Positions 62,929-64,000 of a DNA stretch of 64,000 nucleotides are shown here, piece after piece. The first letter of the stretch is position 1. Each line of letters starts with the position of its first letter. Under the pieces are notes generated by a model. That model was given only the letters and a program-made list of their open reading frames with translations. It was not told where the DNA came from and did not search any database. The stretch covers positions 128,001 through 192,000 of the forward strand of contig CAXXXF010000004.1 of the NCBI GenBank assembly GCA_963667175.2. The letters run 5' to 3'. Both the position numbers and the translations under genes were made by a program. This DNA comes from Candidatus Latescibacterota bacterium. Its GTDB lineage: Bacteria > Latescibacterota > UBA2968 > GCA-2709665.

Positions 62929-63957
62929 ATGAAGCTCTTGACCTTTCTTCTCACCCTGGGCTTGTTTGTTCAAGAACCTTTCGCAGAGGTAAGAACCTTT
63001 AGTTCGTCAGAATTGAAGGGTATTCGCAAAGCGTTTTTGGAAGTTGGTCAGAATGGAACTGAACGGTTGATTGGCTTTTGGAAGTACCAACACACATACG
63101 ATATTGGTGGCGGCATTATTGTGCTGAATATTGTAAACAATCAACTCGTTAAGGTCTGGGAAGACAATTCTACTTTGTCCTTTGTAATGGATTGGGGATT
63201 TGCTGATATAAACGGAGACGATAGATTTGATTTTGCAGTGGCGGGATCCGGTACTGTAAACCAGGATTTTCGCTACTTTATCGCGCTCTATTTGAGCGTT
63301 GGAGAAAATCGGTATCAGAAGCGATTATTTCCACAATCTGACCTTTTACATCACGTCGCTCTGGGCGACATAGACGGTGACCGACAAACTGAAATTTTAT
63401 TTACAGAACAGTTTGATTCCCATCCGGATGTCGAGCATTGCACCTGGCCTGAAATACGATTAAAAATTGGCAGATGGATTAATGGAAATTTACAAATTGA
63501 AGAAACAGAAATTACATTAGGCGTGGGTGATGATTGGAATCAATGGCTTCTTGGAGATGTTGATAATGATGGAAAGGATGAGGCAATTCTCCATCAATAT
63601 GACACTTCAAATGAGTTTGGTAATGATCTCCCAGGATTAGGTCGTTCAGTTTTGATTTATGATCTTGATGAGGGAACAACCCCTACCCATATAATTCAAA
63701 GACCTGGTGTCACAGACACCATACCGGTTCTCTCGGTTAATGAAAGGGGACAAATTCTCGAATTCAAGAAGGGAGACATCCGACCTACAATCATTAATCT
63801 TGATGGCGGACTATCCAAAATTGCGATCGCGGAAATACCCGAAGTAAATTACACGCAATGGTCGCCGGTACAGATAACTTCGAACTTGATTCTCAGTGAA
63901 CCTGTCGATGGCAATGGTACGGATCGCCAAATTACAATTTACGATCATGTTGATTAA
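62929..63957 (+). CDS. Secreted FG-GAP/VCBS-repeat protein
   Basis: Signal peptide; ADINGDDRFD, GDIDGDRQTE, GDVDNDGKDE; AAGGAG RBS. Confidence 0.75.
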   Translation: MKLLTFLLTLGLFVQEPFAEVRTFSSSELKGIRKAFLEVGQNGTERLIGFWKYQHTYDIGGGIIVLNIVNNQLVKVWEDNSTLSFVMDWGFADINGDDRFDFAVAGSGTVNQDFRYFIALYLSVGENRYQKRLFPQSDLLHHVALGDIDGDRQTEILFTEQFDSHPDVEHCTWPEIRLKIGRWINGNLQIEETEITLGVGDDWNQWLLGDVDNDGKDEAILHQYDTSNEFGNDLPGLGRSVLIYDLDEGTTPTHIIQRPGVTDTIPVLSVNERGQILEFKKGDIRPTIINLDGGLSKIAIAEIPEVNYTQWSPVQITSNLILSEPVDGNGTDRQITIYDHVD

Positions 63958-64000
63958 GCCTTGCCGAGATGCCAGACAGATAAGCCGACCGGACAATGAA

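Overview
A GC-rich bacterial window. Dockerin-like, heparinase-like, WD40 and transglutaminase-like genes plus a sterol methyltransferase suggest an uncultured host-associated, possibly sponge-symbiont lineage (inference). Layout: (1) 0-11 kb: dipeptidase, transglutaminase-like protein, enolase-family dehydratase with an NMT1-type ABC importer, and a TetM-like GTPase. (2) 11-33 kb: an accessory/defence island with an XRE gene, three HEPN-like genes, a PD-(D/E)xK-like gene, IS1595/IS1380/IS630 elements, a full and an ORF-less group II intron, a decayed WD40 metalloprotease and many nested palindromic repeats. (3) 33-51 kb: a candidate sterol-tailoring and export cluster (Neverland/KshA-like Rieske oxygenase, FAD oxidoreductase, ERG6-like sterol C-24 methyltransferase, GPP34-P450 fusion, MpaB-like oxygenase, RND pump) mixed with relics of paralogous clusters. 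(4) 51-60 kb: symporter, heparinase-like protein, hemB, and trpS plus a degenerate trpS paralogue, each behind a Trp-codon leader and terminator. (5) 60-64 kb: a TIR-less, hairpin-ended element whose empty site is CCTAAT, with a 290-bp non-autonomous copy at 13.7 kb, followed by an M15 peptidase/FG-GAP pair. All calls come from manual motif reading; no searches were run.
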